A stretch of 60,000 nt of DNA, taken from NCBI RefSeq assembly GCF_018977255.1, contig NW_024704742.1:17672001-17732000 (forward strand), in the 5' to 3' direction. Positions 37,618 through 50,083 of the stretch are shown here, one piece after another. The first letter of the stretch is position 1, and every line of letters begins with the position of its first letter. This DNA comes from Callorhinchus milii (lineage: Eukaryota). A program made the translations under genes and the position numbers. The notes under the pieces are model-generated. The model saw nothing but the letters and a program-made list of their open reading frames with translations, was not told where the DNA came from and made no database searches.

Positions 37618-40149
37618 GTAACTATTATGATACATGTGGAGCTCTTATGTAAATTGCAATCATAACTGTGGTGTTTATTCTTTTGTGATATGTTTATGCT
37701 CCAATGGATAACTGTTTGTATCAAAGTTATCACCTTAACATCAAAAGTCCGAAATTCCACCAAGTCTTAGCTCTTAAACTCTTCTCCTACAATTTATGAT
37801 GCAACACAAATATTTGCAATACTAATTTACATGTATATAACAACAACAAAGAAACTAGTGCCTTTCAATCTTAATTTGGAAGCTCAGTTCTGACAGTGAA
37901 CCATGACGAAAGGAATAGCTGACATATAATGGCCAGAAAATGGGTTTGCTTTGGTGCCATCTTGAATTTTTAACTTAAGTGGAAATTTTATCTTTTGACT
38001 GCGAGCTACTATAATTTAGTGTTGTATATGTCAGCCTGGCTCAGTTATTTGGGCTGGTACATCAATACAGTGCTGTGGATGTGCTGATTTTCTGAGGTGC
38101 TGTCCTTCAGATGAGACATCAAACATTAGTCTCATCTGACTGTTGAGGTGGTTAAAAGAATTAATGGCAATATTTGAAAAGGCAAGTGCATTTATCCCAA
38201 TGTTCTGGCCAACAATCACCCTGATAAAATTGGTCATTCATTTCAAGGCTGTTTGTGGGACATTGCTTTTCATCAATTAGCTATTGAATTTGCCTACAAA
38301 ATACGCAGTGACTAAACTTTACAATAAAATCCTCCTGATGTGAAAGGCACTATTATCAAATACAAGAAGCATTTATCAGGCACCAGCTGAAGAACAAGCA
38401 TTTCATCTTTATTCTCTGCATCCCATTTAGCCACTGATTGAAGAATATGATCAATCAGGAAATTTCGCACTTGTTCACCGAATGGTAATAATTTGAAAAG
38501 TAAAGTATTTAAATTGAAAAGAAGGCAATTCAATAATCAAAACTCTATATTGAGGGAAAAATCCAAGGCAGCACCAATTCATTTCTGGAAAAAAACTGGC
38601 CTATTGTTAAGGATCACATTTCTATCTACCTTTGTGATGATTTTCACTCTATTTCACTCCATTGTCTCATTGTTACTGATGCTATTGTTAATGAGTTTAT
38701 CACCCAATCCAAGGATTTGTCGGCCATTTTCTGTTTTACCATTTTTGAAAGTGGGACAAAAAAGTAACAATCGTCTAGAGAGCGCCTAGAATTTTTTCCC
38801 CTCTGACTAGAATGTCATTTTTTATTTTGGTCAGCCGGGTGTCTGATACGTGCAGAAACCCATCACCATGCTTAAGCGTATTCAAACCAGTCTTGAGAGT
38901 GCCACCTGTTTATTCCACCTACACATGGAAATTTTCCTGCGTCTCGAATGGAATGTGCACTCTCTCTATATAGTGATGCACCCACCGTACTTAATTCTGG
39001 AGAGTATTAAGTGCAGGTTGGTAAGAGCCAAGGCTTGGATTGGAGTGTTCCTGCAATTTAATCAGCTAAAACTGCATAGCTAGCCATTGAAAGAACTGTC
39101 TGGCAAGCTTTGTGGTACTTGTCCAGCTGTGATCATTAGTGCTTTGGCTTCCTGGGTTAACAGGAGCTGAGTGGGAATAATCCCTATTCCCAAGTCTTAC
39201 CGATGAGCCAGACTGGTTGATCTGTCATTAGTGGCGCTGGAGTACAGTAGACGGGCCTAGCTCAGGAAACTGGACTATCGGGACCTCCACAGACGATTTA
39301 CTTGATTCTGACATTCTGTTGCCAAGCACATCACTTTGGCGCCATCTCCCAGGAGATCATAGTTTACCTCCCCTGAAGAATGAGATTTATACTCACAACT
39401 TATGTGGTGCTGCCTTTCAGTGGCATCTCAAGTAGAAAATAGCACAACAATTTTAAATGACATTTTCCACTGGCATCACGAATAGCTGAAAAGATAGAAA
39501 ATCATCAACAGTGACTGTTCCCCTCCACTGAAAGGAGTTAATGTACAGTACTATGTGGCCTGTAGTGAATGCATCACTTTGTAGTATTTTTTGGAAGCTG
39601 TTTTACTGTAGTTCTTTTTAACCATGTCTTGTGACCTCCACTAGAATATTTTTATGTTTGAGGTGTGGACGGGATCAGGCTTGACTGATACCTCCAAATC
39701 TTAAATAACTTACCAACACTCACTATCCCTGCTAATTCATGCAAAACGATCACTTGTATGAGGTACTGATGGGCTCTTGGCATCAATGAATATGTTCAAA
39801 GGACATTGGGTTTCTGTGCAAAGCAAAGGAAAGCTGAATATTTTAGAAGGTATTTCATTTTTGAATAATTAAAAAAAAAGACATTTATCAATCTGGAACC
39901 AGTCTTTAACTCTTTGAGACAGGAATATCAAAGTAATTCAAAGCTTATTCAAGACCTTTGAGGTAGAAGAAAGAGACCAAAATCGATATTAAGGAAACTT
40001 CACACTGTAGTTCTTGAACAAAAAAATTCCCCCGTGCAGCTTTGAAGCCTATTACAGCACAACCTTTTCAAATTGGTCTGATCATTATTTGAATGATTAA
40101 ATGTTTAAAAGGCCGGCAGTGCTTTCTCTCGTGGGGAGGGAAGGTGCAA

Positions 40150-40485
40150 TGCGGAGCTGGGCTGTAAAACCGGGAGAGTCCCAAACTCAGTGCTCATCTG
40201 TGCTGATTTAGCTAATATCATTGTGAGTCATAATCGAGGCACTACAATTTGTCTCATCACTACTGGGAAATGGGAAATAAGCCAGAGAATCATACTTGGC
40301 TTGTGGATAGGACCGTTGATTGAGGCTAGGACTGAACCACAATACCTCCCACAATTGAATAGCCTGCTGACACTTAACTGTCCAGGCTCACACATAGGGA
40401 ATGGATACTTGGCTGAGTTACTGGGAGGCTGGTTGCAACTGTACTACAGTGTGAGTTGGGTCTTCATTAGAGGGGGAGGGAAGAA
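40150..40485 (+). repeat. Ancient SINE-like repeat (shorter pieces at ~29690-29830 and ~39655-39790)
   Basis: The three loci share gatcaggct..., aatagcctgctgacact..ctgtccaggctcacacat...cacttgg. Confidence 0.6.
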
Positions 40486-41848
40486 ATGGAACGGAGAGAA
40501 AAAATAAAAACAATATTCAAAGCATATTTGGAGAGTGCCAATAGGCTATATCTTTGAAGTGCATTGCACATCCTGGACCAGATATGGCCTGCAGGCCTTG
40601 CGGTATTCAACCCTGCCTTAGCTATCCAGATGGAGTAAATGATTCATTGTTCCTCAATAATAGTATTCCTTTGTTCGTGACTGAAATGTTCCAAATCGCA
40701 GTTTGTGAGCGATGTCTTGATTTAGAATTGTAAAACACAGGGATTTCATTTCCGTATCTTTCATTCCCATCAGCATAGATGGAGGGGGTCGGCATTTGGT
40801 AAAACTGGCTGATCAGACTACATGAATGGACTTTCTCGCTTGCATTTTGGCGTCTGTAGGGCTAAAGTTGCCTCAATACTTCTGCGAAAATATTGTCTGC
40901 ACATCTCCTCTTCAAAGGATTTTCTTTAAAAGTTTAATTGGCATGTCCACTAGACAGTGATTTGAACAGTTTTTACGGCTGCATAATAAGGATTAGCATT
41001 GTGAATAACAAGCCTCACAGTCAAATAGAAACTACTGAAAAAAACAAGTCTATTCAGCAGCACTCTTGACAGAAACAGCCGATTGCTTCAAGGGAAAAAC
41101 ATTAATGAAAAGTAAATACATTGTGCAAATTTCAGAATTTGAAATGAAGTATGTTGACAGGAGGCTGACATGCTTTTTCTGGCTGAGCATCACCTGCTGA
41201 ATTCCCTGTGTATATTACTTGTCTTGCGAAAGCAGGTGAACACTCAGTTATTGCTTATCAAATACAATCAGCAGCACCAGAAATGTAAAGGTGGAAAAAG
41301 GAGGAATTTGGTAGGTTCCATTTATGGGACATTGAGGTAAATTTAACGTTTGATTCAATATTTAGCTCATTGGATGTACCCAGACGTGTGAACACCACCC
41401 CACTCCTCCTTCCATATGGACCTGATTTTACTGAAATAGCTAATGAGAACAGTGTTGTTCCTGCAGTCAGGTGGGGGAGAATCCGTATTACACACAAAAT
41501 CCAGAATATGCATGATATAGTAACCTGCATGTACATCTGTGCACAGTCAATGCACTAAATAGCAAATGAAATGTTACATTAACCTCATTATGCTCTAGAG
41601 ACGGTCAGGATCCCTATGAGTGAATATGAACCAGTTTGGGAGAGGAATTGAACATATCTTAAATTTGGACATTTCAGTCGGTTACAGTTGGTAGCTTTTT
41701 AAATTAAAAGCCCCTTTTAAATGACTTGTTACGTCCTTTCTATTAGTTTTGCTGCCTCGTTGACTTGGCTCGATGTGTTTTTATTTTTAAAGGAATCATT
41801 GAAATGTTATTATGTTCTGTGTTCACTCCACATCTTCCCGTTGTCTAG

Positions 41849-42028
41849 GACATGCAGATCATCAGTACGGATGAGAATCAAGTCTTCGTAGCTGTCAAGG
41901 AATGGCATCAGACTGACACCTACAACCTGTACCTGTCTGACGTGCAGGGCGTGCATTTCATTCTTGCTCTGGAAGATGTCAGGAGCACCAAACAGCCAGA
42001 AGAAAATGTTGTGATAGACATTCACGAG
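41849..42028 (+). CDS. SORCS2: SORCS2 coding exon (~exon 9), 180 nt, phase 0-0: DMQIISTDENQVFVAVKEWHQTDTYNLYLSDVQGVHFILALEDVRSTKQPEENVVIDIHE
   Basis: Acceptor cttcccgttgtctag|GAC and donor GAG|gtaaac. IISTDENQVF and DTYNLY are SorCS motifs. Overlaps ORF 41852..42112. Confidence 0.96.
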
Positions 42029-42254
42029 GTAAACTATACTTCAGTCCCTCTCATAACTTATATACACAATGTGAAATTCACAGTCAAACAAAGCATTGTG
42101 CAAAAATTCTGAAATGCATTCTTAATTTGGAAGCAGGGGGCTGGGCTGGGACGTTCCATCCTTAACAGTAATGTACGGAGGATCAGATGTCTGAAATTTC
42201 AGTGTGCACAATCCTTAGATTCAAGCTTATATTAATAATACTTGCATTTGATAT

Positions 42255-42810
42255 TGCCCGCCTCCATCCGTACCCCACAACCAAAGCAGCTGAAACTCTT
42301 GTGCACACCTTCGGCATTTCCTGGCTGGATTATTCCAATGTCCTCCTCATTGGTCTCCCCAGCTCCACCAAACAGAAAATTCAACTAATTCAAAAACTCT
42401 GCTGCCCAGATACTCACCTGCACAAAACTCTGTAACCCTATCACACCAGTCCATGCCAGGCTCCATTAGCTCCCAATTATCAGAACGGATCGATTTCAAG
42501 ATCCTCTCACTTGTTTTCAAATCCCTTTGTGCCCTCCCTGTCTATCCGATTTGCTTACCCCCATTCCACCACCCGCTGCCTGCGATCGGCTGGCTCCGGT
42601 ATCCTGTTTGTCCCTCGACCCCTCTGTTCCACCATCAGTGGCCGTGTCTTCAGCCACTATGCCCCAAAACTCTCTCTCTCCCTCCCTCCCTCCCTCCCCA
42701 CTTTCAAATCACGCCTAAAGTCCTTCCTTTTTGATCACCTCCCTCTCCCCTTGGCTCAGGGTCAGACTCCACAACTGTGAAGGATGTTATATAAACGTAA
42801 GTTGTTGTTG
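42255..42810 (+). mobile_element. L2 LINE 3' fragment
   Basis: Contains ETLVHTFGISWLDYSN and ERIDFKILSLVFKSL. Tail ataaacgtaagttgttgttg. Confidence 0.88.
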
Positions 42811-43152
42811 TATCACGTCTTCCAGACGTCTCAAAGCGCTTCACAGAACATACTGTAAAGTGAATTGACTGTATATTTTTGGGGCAAAACATGGCAGCCA
42901 ATTGCACACAACAGTGTTCCACAAACTGTCGTGGGGATTGAGTGACCAAATTATTATTATTTTATTTATTTTTCAAGGGATTATTACCCCTGGAAAAGCG
43001 ACCCACCTATCGACTAACAACCAGGTTCCTACCTACTGCTAGGTAAACAGAGAGGCGGGTGGAGTAACTTGCCCAACATTTCCCCCTGCCTGGGAATCGA
43101 GCCCAGGTCCTCTCGGTTGTGAGGCGAGTGCTCTAAGAGCTACAAGATTCCA
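42810..43152 (-). mobile_element. SINE family A copy, tail-to-tail with L2
   Basis: Deu segment, body and tRNA head ending ...gagctacaagattccac. Confidence 0.87.
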
Positions 43153-44671
43153 CAGCTGCTTAATTTAGCATTTGTTTTCTTTCAAGAATCTGCTTCCAAT
43201 TAAGAATGCATTTCAGAATTTTTTTGCTCAATGCTTTCTTTGACGGTGAATTTTACATTGTGTGTTAAAATTTTAACTTCTGATTTTGCAATTTATCCTG
43301 CATACAGCACCACACAACCAGGTATTAGTTTTTAAAAGTAATAACTGACATTTATACACCATCTTTCAATTAAAAATATAAGCCATTTAATGTTACCAAA
43401 GAGACATTTGTCTTACCAAATTTTCTATAACATTAAAACTTAATGACTTCTAAAAGCTTATGAATTTTAGAAGCCAGTGGGTGACCTGAGGCTGTTCAAG
43501 AGACATTATGTGTCAGTATCCATTGATCGTGCTCAGCAGGCGTCAATCAAACTGCATCTAAGAGCACCTTCTCCTGATAGTCTCAGGAGCAGTCCTTCAG
43601 CACCATTCACGCTGACCGAACCGAGATTTATATTGCACATTTACAGGTGAATTGCCACAAAATAAAAGCGATTTCCGCCAAATCTGCAATATAAACCTAA
43701 CATTAAATATCACGTTGTGGTGCGTCTCGCAGTTTGGACGATACAGCTAACTTTATGCATATTATAAGGGCATTATAAAGGTCAGCAAGCTTTGAAACAT
43801 TCATATAAGGGATTTGACAGACTGAATTTGAAAGACTGGAAGATGCATTATACTGGAAAACATTTCATGCGTCACTTCATTGCACAGAAGATCTCTACAA
43901 ATTGAGTTTTAGATCAGTGTGCATGTTCTCTGCGTTCAATTTGAATAAAAATGGAAGAACCTCTTGCACTATTGAAATGGAGGGTGGTGGGGAGATAACA
44001 TTTTGCTCTCTGGCCTGTTTCACTTTGAAAATCACAATTAACTCTTCCTATCCCTGTTGCAAATATCATAAACAAGTGTGTTTGTCTGCAAAGATACAGT
44101 AAATAAACTTTACAGTAAATCCTGAGAAGGGTTTCAAGACATTTCAGCATTGTGATGGATGTTATATTAAATGCAAGTGTTATCACAAATTAGTGGAAAT
44201 ATATTTTTTACATAATTCTTCATACCTCCGTAATTCAAAGAGCCCTGGCAGTTATTGAAATTAATGAAAACTGCTGGAACTACAAAGAGAAGAAGCACAG
44301 CTTTTTGAACCAGCCCGTAAACTTTGCAACATGTATCTATTTTAAAAAAAGATATGTCAGGGTGACTTCAAAGCTGTGGCCTAACTTCAGAATTCAGATA
44401 ATAGTTATACATAGGAATGTACAGGCCTGTAAAATGTAACTGGCCATCTGGCTGCTTCTAATGTAAACAAAAATGATGAACCACTCATAATCTCAATTTT
44501 TCTTGCTAAATAGCTATCTGCTGGCCTGAATTTGCTGACTAAATCTGCCTCCACTACTTCACTGGTTAGTTTGTTGCACACACAAGGTATCGCTGTTATA
44601 ATGCAATGGGCGACTTCAGTATACTCAGATCTCCGTTAAAATGGTATTTGAGAAAATGTCTGTTTTCCAAA

Positions 44672-44949
44672 TTATCAGGTTGCTGCTGACATCACCTCCT
44701 GTGTCCTGTGGACAGCCACTATGAAAAAGAAGCACCTTTGATGTCACTGCCTTTGTGCTGTTGCGGCACATAGCATGCTTACGCAATTCTTGGGAAAGAG
44801 CGCTTTGTTGCATGCAGGTGTAGTCCATTCCAGCAGTGCTGTACATGGCATGCGTAAACAGCATGAAGGAAATGACATTTGTGACACTTCCTGTGCAAGG
44901 TCCACATGAGTGTAACGTGCGAAGTAATGTCAGCAGAGAACTGACAACC
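44672..44949. repeat. Degenerate ~280-bp palindrome (old MITE or Eulor-like)
   Basis: Nested symmetric matches: ctgctgacatcacctc/gaagtaatgtcagcag, tgtggac/gtccaca, and atgtcactgcctttgtgctgtt/aacagcatgaaggaaatgacat. Confidence 0.7.
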
Positions 44950-45784
44950 TAGATGTCAGCCAAATTTAAGCACGGCTACTCAGCTTATCAGTGGCCGAAG
45001 CTGGGTGCATTACATTTATTCGAAAAGAGAAGAAAGTTTCTCCCATTGTCCTGGCCAACAATCCCCAAATAAAATTGGTTATTCACTTCATGTGGGACAA
45101 TGTGATGGGCAAATTAGTTGCCACGTTCACCCACAAAACACACATTCAATTTGCAGCATATTCTGTGAAGCATTTTGAGACTGCCTCCTGACGTGAAAGG
45201 TGCTATTATTATTGTTGTTGTTATTATGGTCATCCAATAAGTGGATCCACGCTAAACCTTATAGTGGAGTTGCCCTCTATTCGTTACTCTTTGTAAAGTT
45301 ATTAAATCCAAACTGTCTGTTCGTCCTCCGTTTTTTGATCTTGAATTAATATTCCCTTGGTTGAAAATCTCTCAAATTTATGGGTTATAATTACGGGTGA
45401 TTCAAAACTTTCAATTGGATCAATTGCATCCATTATTCTGTGCTTATTTAAGCATGTGACATGTCAGACACTCACACACAAAAACAGGTGATTCACACAA
45501 GTACCTGGCTATGGCTGGGAGAGATGTACTGTTTATGTTTTGTCCCTGTTACTGCTGTTGAGAGTCTCAGCCCACTGCTGAATGACTTCTGCAGCTCTGC
45601 ACCCTGCTGGTGAAAGTTAGAAAGTGTTTCACATGAACAAATTAATTACTCTTGCTGATTTTTNCACACCTCTCAAATATTGATAGTGTAAATAATAGAA
45701 TTACCAATCACACGTAGAGAATAAAATGCTAATAACTCCGATGCTTTTATCCAAATTCATCTGGGCTTTGGGCACAAATGAATA

Positions 45785-46171
45785 TAATAATCCTTGCATT
45801 TGATATAGCGCCTTATCATGTCATGTTGTTGCGATGTCTCAAAGCATTTCACAGAATACATTAAGTGGATTGACTCTGTATTTTGTGGCAGCTGTGCGCA
45901 ATTGGCTGCCACATTTCACCCACAAAATACACTTTGTGATATTTCCTCCCTTCCAAACAGTTGTGGATTGAATAACCAATTTTTTTTGAGGGATTATTAC
46001 CCCCGGAAAGCAATCCGCTAATCGACTAACAATCGGTTTCCTACTTACGGCGAGGTAAACAGAGGTGTGTGGAGTAAGGAAACCTGCCTAAAGTTTCACC
46101 CCATCCAAGAATCGACCCCGAGTTCTCTCACTTGTGAAGCGAGCACGTTAGCCACTATGCCACGGGATTCC
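45785..46171 (-). mobile_element. SINE family A copy
   Basis: Tail aatccttgcatttgatatagcgcc, Deu segment, body and head. Confidence 0.85.
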
Positions 46172-46279
46172 ATATAAATATCATATGAATATGATTTTCA
46201 GAGCATGCAAATTTTGGAGAATTCTTAAAAATTTGTCTTAATTTTGAAGACGGTTTAGGAAAATGTCAGCTCCACACTG

Positions 46280-47050
46280 AGACAACAACAAGAACAACAA
46301 AGTTACATTTGTATAGCGCCTTTCATGTCGGGAGGACGTCCCAAGGCACTGGACAGTCTGCTTCGGACCCAAGTCGGGGTCGGAGAGGATGGAGGGCAGG
46401 AGAGGAAGGAGAGTGACTGAAGGCACAATTGAAGAGGAGTCTTGAGACGGTTCTTAAAGGAGGCAAGGGAGGGGGCGAGGCGGAGGGTTGGGGCAGAGTG
46501 GCTGAAAGCCTGCTAGCCAATGGTGGGGTGGGTGAGGTGGGGACGTGAAGCAGGCCAGAGCCCGCTGAGCAGAGTGGCGGGCAGGTTGGTAAGGGGTTAG
46601 GAGATTGCAGAGGTAGTGGAGAGCAAGGCCATGGAGGGGTTTGAAGGTGAGGACCAGGATCTTGAAATGTATTCTCTGGGTGATGGGAAGCCAGTGGAGT
46701 CGCTTATGGATGGGGTTGCAGAGCCTGGTGCAGGAGGGGACATGGGCTGCTGAGTTCTGGATGATCTGCATCCTATGGAGGGAGGAGTTGGGGAGGGCAA
46801 CAAGGAGGGAGTTTGCGTAGTCACCTGGATGTTATGAATGTGAATATGAGGCTCTCGGTGGCCTACAGTGTGAGACAGTGGTGGAGTCGGCCAATGTAGC
46901 AGAGATGGGGGAAGGTGGAGTGGGTCATGGCACAGATGTGGGGTAGAAAGGATAGTTGATGGTCAAACAAGACGTCACGTTTCCAGATTGGCTCAGTGAG
47001 GTGGAGTGTGCGTCCTTGGATGGTGGTGCTGTCAGTGTCAAACAGAGGTG
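46280..47050 (-). mobile_element. L2 LINE 3' fragment, antisense to SORCS2
   Basis: Reverse ORF reads QIIQNSAAHV...LHWLPITQRIHFK. (CAA)n tail on the + strand at ~46282. Confidence 0.9.
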
Positions 47051-47809
47051 ACGCATCAGTGAATGAGTGTAAAGGTGCAAAAGGATTATAATGATGTCAG
47101 AGAGGTGTCAATTGGACATCTCCCTACTTCATTGAAAAAAAAGTCAGGTTGAGAGAAGCAATTAACACCCAAAATATCATCACCCCTTGTGCCAACCACG
47201 TGTGGATGACTTTGGGTATTCAGACAACCTCTTTGACACACATACCTTACTTTTCTGGGACTGTTGATTGAAAAAATAAAAATTCTTATTTTTAGAATAT
47301 CTTTAATGGAACACCACTAAATAATTTGGAGCTTACGTAACTAGAAGTTACTGGAGAACAGTTTATTGAAAGCCCTGCATTATAATCCTTTTACACCTTT
47401 ATACTCATTCACTGACAGCTTTTAATGTGATTTGTGATTTAACCTTTTGTGAAGGTTTTGTGTCCCGGATAAGAATAAGCCACGGTTTTAACAATGATCC
47501 TTGTGTGAATGAACTATGAAACGCTCTGTGACGCTGTCTGGCTTGAAGGGCGCTACGTAAATGCAATTTGTTGTTGTTGAAGACACAGTATGAGTTTAAG
47601 ACTAATGTTTTCTTGTTTGAAAACTTTTTTCTTGTAAATTCTTGTTTTGAATGAGCTTCTACCTTTGATCTTTGATAGGGTGATATGGGGGGATTCATTC
47701 AATCATTTGATTGAAAAATAATGAATCAGTGACATCAGATCAAATGCTGCTGAAACCCTCATTCACACCTGTGCCACCTGAACAAAAGCACTCCTTGAAC
47801 AGTTTGTTT

Positions 47810-50083
47810 CCTACCCCTCTTTTCCTCTCTCCCTCCTCCACAATACCCTCTCCTCCACACTCGATACTCTTGTCCCCATCACTTCCCGCACTGTCTCCTA
47901 CTCCCGCTCCTCCCCCTGGTACACCACCCACCTCCGCTCACTGAAAAGCCAGGTGCGGGCTGCTGAGCGCACCTTTGTCAAATCTGGCCTAACGGTCCAC
48001 CGACAAATCTGGCTGGACCTCCTCAAAATTTACCGCTCCACTCTAGCCTCGGCCAAGTCGTCCTTCTACTCCAGGATAATCCTGGAGGCGAAGAACAACC
48101 CCAGGCTACTGTTTTCCACCACAACCCGACTCCTCCGTCCCCCCCGCCACCCCGCGCAGGTCATCTCCTCCAACCTTCACTGCGAGGAGATGCTGGATTT
48201 CCTTGAATCCAAGATCAAGGGAATCCGCTCCGCGGTCACTTCCCCTCCAACTTCCACCCACCACCCACCCCTTCCCTCCCACACTCCGACTCCTACCCAT
48301 CCTCCCCTACACACCTTCGTACCCGTTTCCCCACCCTCTGTCACTGAACTCATCCTATCCCTAAAACCAACCACCTGCTCCCTTGACCCCATCCCCACTC
48401 CACTCCTTATCTCCCAGCTCCACTTTCTTGCCCCACATATCACTGACATCATCAACCTGTCCCTCTCCTCTGGCTCTGTCCCCATTCCATTAAAAACTGC
48501 CATCATCACGCCCACCCTGAAAAAACCCTCCCTTGATGCGTCGCAGCTATCAAGCTACCGGCCCATCTCCAACCTCCCCTTTCTCTCCAAGGTCTTGGAA
48601 AGAGTTGTCGCCTCCCAACTGCGCTCTTTCCTTTCCACCCATTCTCTTTTCGAACCCCTTCAGTCAGGTTTCCGTGCTGCCCATAGCACAGAAACTGCCC
48701 TGGTCAAGGTCACCAATGATATCCTGACCATCTGTGACCAGGGCTCCCTCTGTCTCCTCGTCCTCCTCGACCTATCGGCAGCATTCGATACGGTCGACCA
48801 CGCTATCCTACTCCACCGCTTGTCCTCCCACCTCAACCTTCAAGGCACTGTCCTTGAATGGTTTAGGTCGTACCTTTCTCACCGTCTTCACTTTGTCTCG
48901 ACGAATGGCTTCTCCTCCACCCCCCGTACTGTCTCATGTGGTGTCCCTCAGGGCTCTGTCCTCGGTCCCCTCCTCTTCACCCTCTATATGCTCCCCTCGG
49001 TGACATCATCCGCAGACATGGAGTTAACTTCCACATGTATGCGGATGACACCCAACTCTACCTTTCCTCCTCTACTCTCAACTCCACGACCACCGATGTC
49101 CTGACAGCCTGCCTGTCCGACATCGAGTCCTGGACGAGAGACAACTTTCTTCAGCTCAACGTGCGAAAAACCGAGGCCCTCCTGATTGGCTCACGTCAGC
49201 GCCTCCGCACCTCAGGCGCTGACACCATCAGCATCCAAGGCTGCACTCTCCACCTCTCAAAGCCAGTCAGGAACCTCGGCGTTTTGTTCGACCCTGAGCT
49301 GTCCTTTCTCCCTCACATCCGCACCACAACTGGCACCGCCTTCCATCACCTCCGGAACATCGCCAGACTACGGCATTACCTCACCCCTCACGCTGCTGAA
49401 ACCCTGGTTCACGCCTTTGTCACCTCAAGGCTGGACTATGGGAACTCTCTCCTCGCCGGCCTTCCCGCCACCTCCCTCCACAAGCTGCAGGTCATTCAGA
49501 ACTCTGCAGCTCGTGTACTGTCCCGCACCAGGCTTCGCGACCACATCACTCCCACCCTCGCTCGCCTCCACTGGCTCCCCATCCCCCAGAGGATTGATTT
49601 CAAGATCCTCATCCTCACCTACAAGGCCATTCACGGCCTTGCTCCCTCCTACCTCTCCAACCTACTATCCCCCTACCTACCTGCCCGTACCCTCCGTTCC
49701 TCTGGCTCCGGTCTGCTCCACGTCCCCCGCCCCAACCGCCCTACCATCGGTGGTCGGGCCTTCAGCCTCTCAGCCCCGAGGCTCTGGAACTCCATCCCCC
49801 AGTGCCTTCGCCGCTTCCTCCCTTTCCTCCTTCAAGGCCGGTCTCAAAACCTTTCTCTTTGACCGTGCCTTCAGCTCCCCTCTCGACTCTCTACCCCCTC
49901 CTCGCTCCCTCCCTTCCCTCCCCTCACCCTGACCATTTCCCCCCTCCTCGCTCCCTCCCTCCCCTCACCCTGACCATTTCCCCCCTGCTCGGGTCATGAC
50001 CCAAATGTGCAGCGCCTTGGGACGTCCTCCTGACGTGAAAGGCGCTTTATAAATGGAATCTTGTTGTTGTTGTTGTTGTTGTT
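47810..50083 (+). mobile_element. L2-clade LINE, 5'-truncated, young; ORF2 linker, RT domain and C-terminus, 3' stem-loop and (TTG)n tail
   Basis: ORFs 47953..49104 and 48936..49862 give [60 protein letters not shown] and LHWLPI..RIDFK. Only two frameshifts (~48995 and ~49812). Confidence 0.95.

Larger units (their letters stand above)
42064..43265. repeat. Long-range inverted repeat with ~73-bp arms (42064-42136 / 43190-43265)
   Basis: acacaatgtgaaattcacagtcaaacaaagcattgtgcaaaaattctgaaatgcattcttaatttggaagcag is the reverse complement of 43190-43265 with a handful of differences. Confidence 0.88.

Noticed and set aside
43596..43616. REST/NRSE site (TTCAGCACCA)
   Set aside because: Only the left half-site is present; the GGACAG right half is missing.
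45664..45664. Single N base
   Set aside because: Assembly ambiguity, not biology.
49186..49932. Ser/Pro-rich 248-aa ORF and similar alternative-frame or antisense ORFs over L2 copies
   Set aside because: These are off-frame readings of C-rich L2 sequence.
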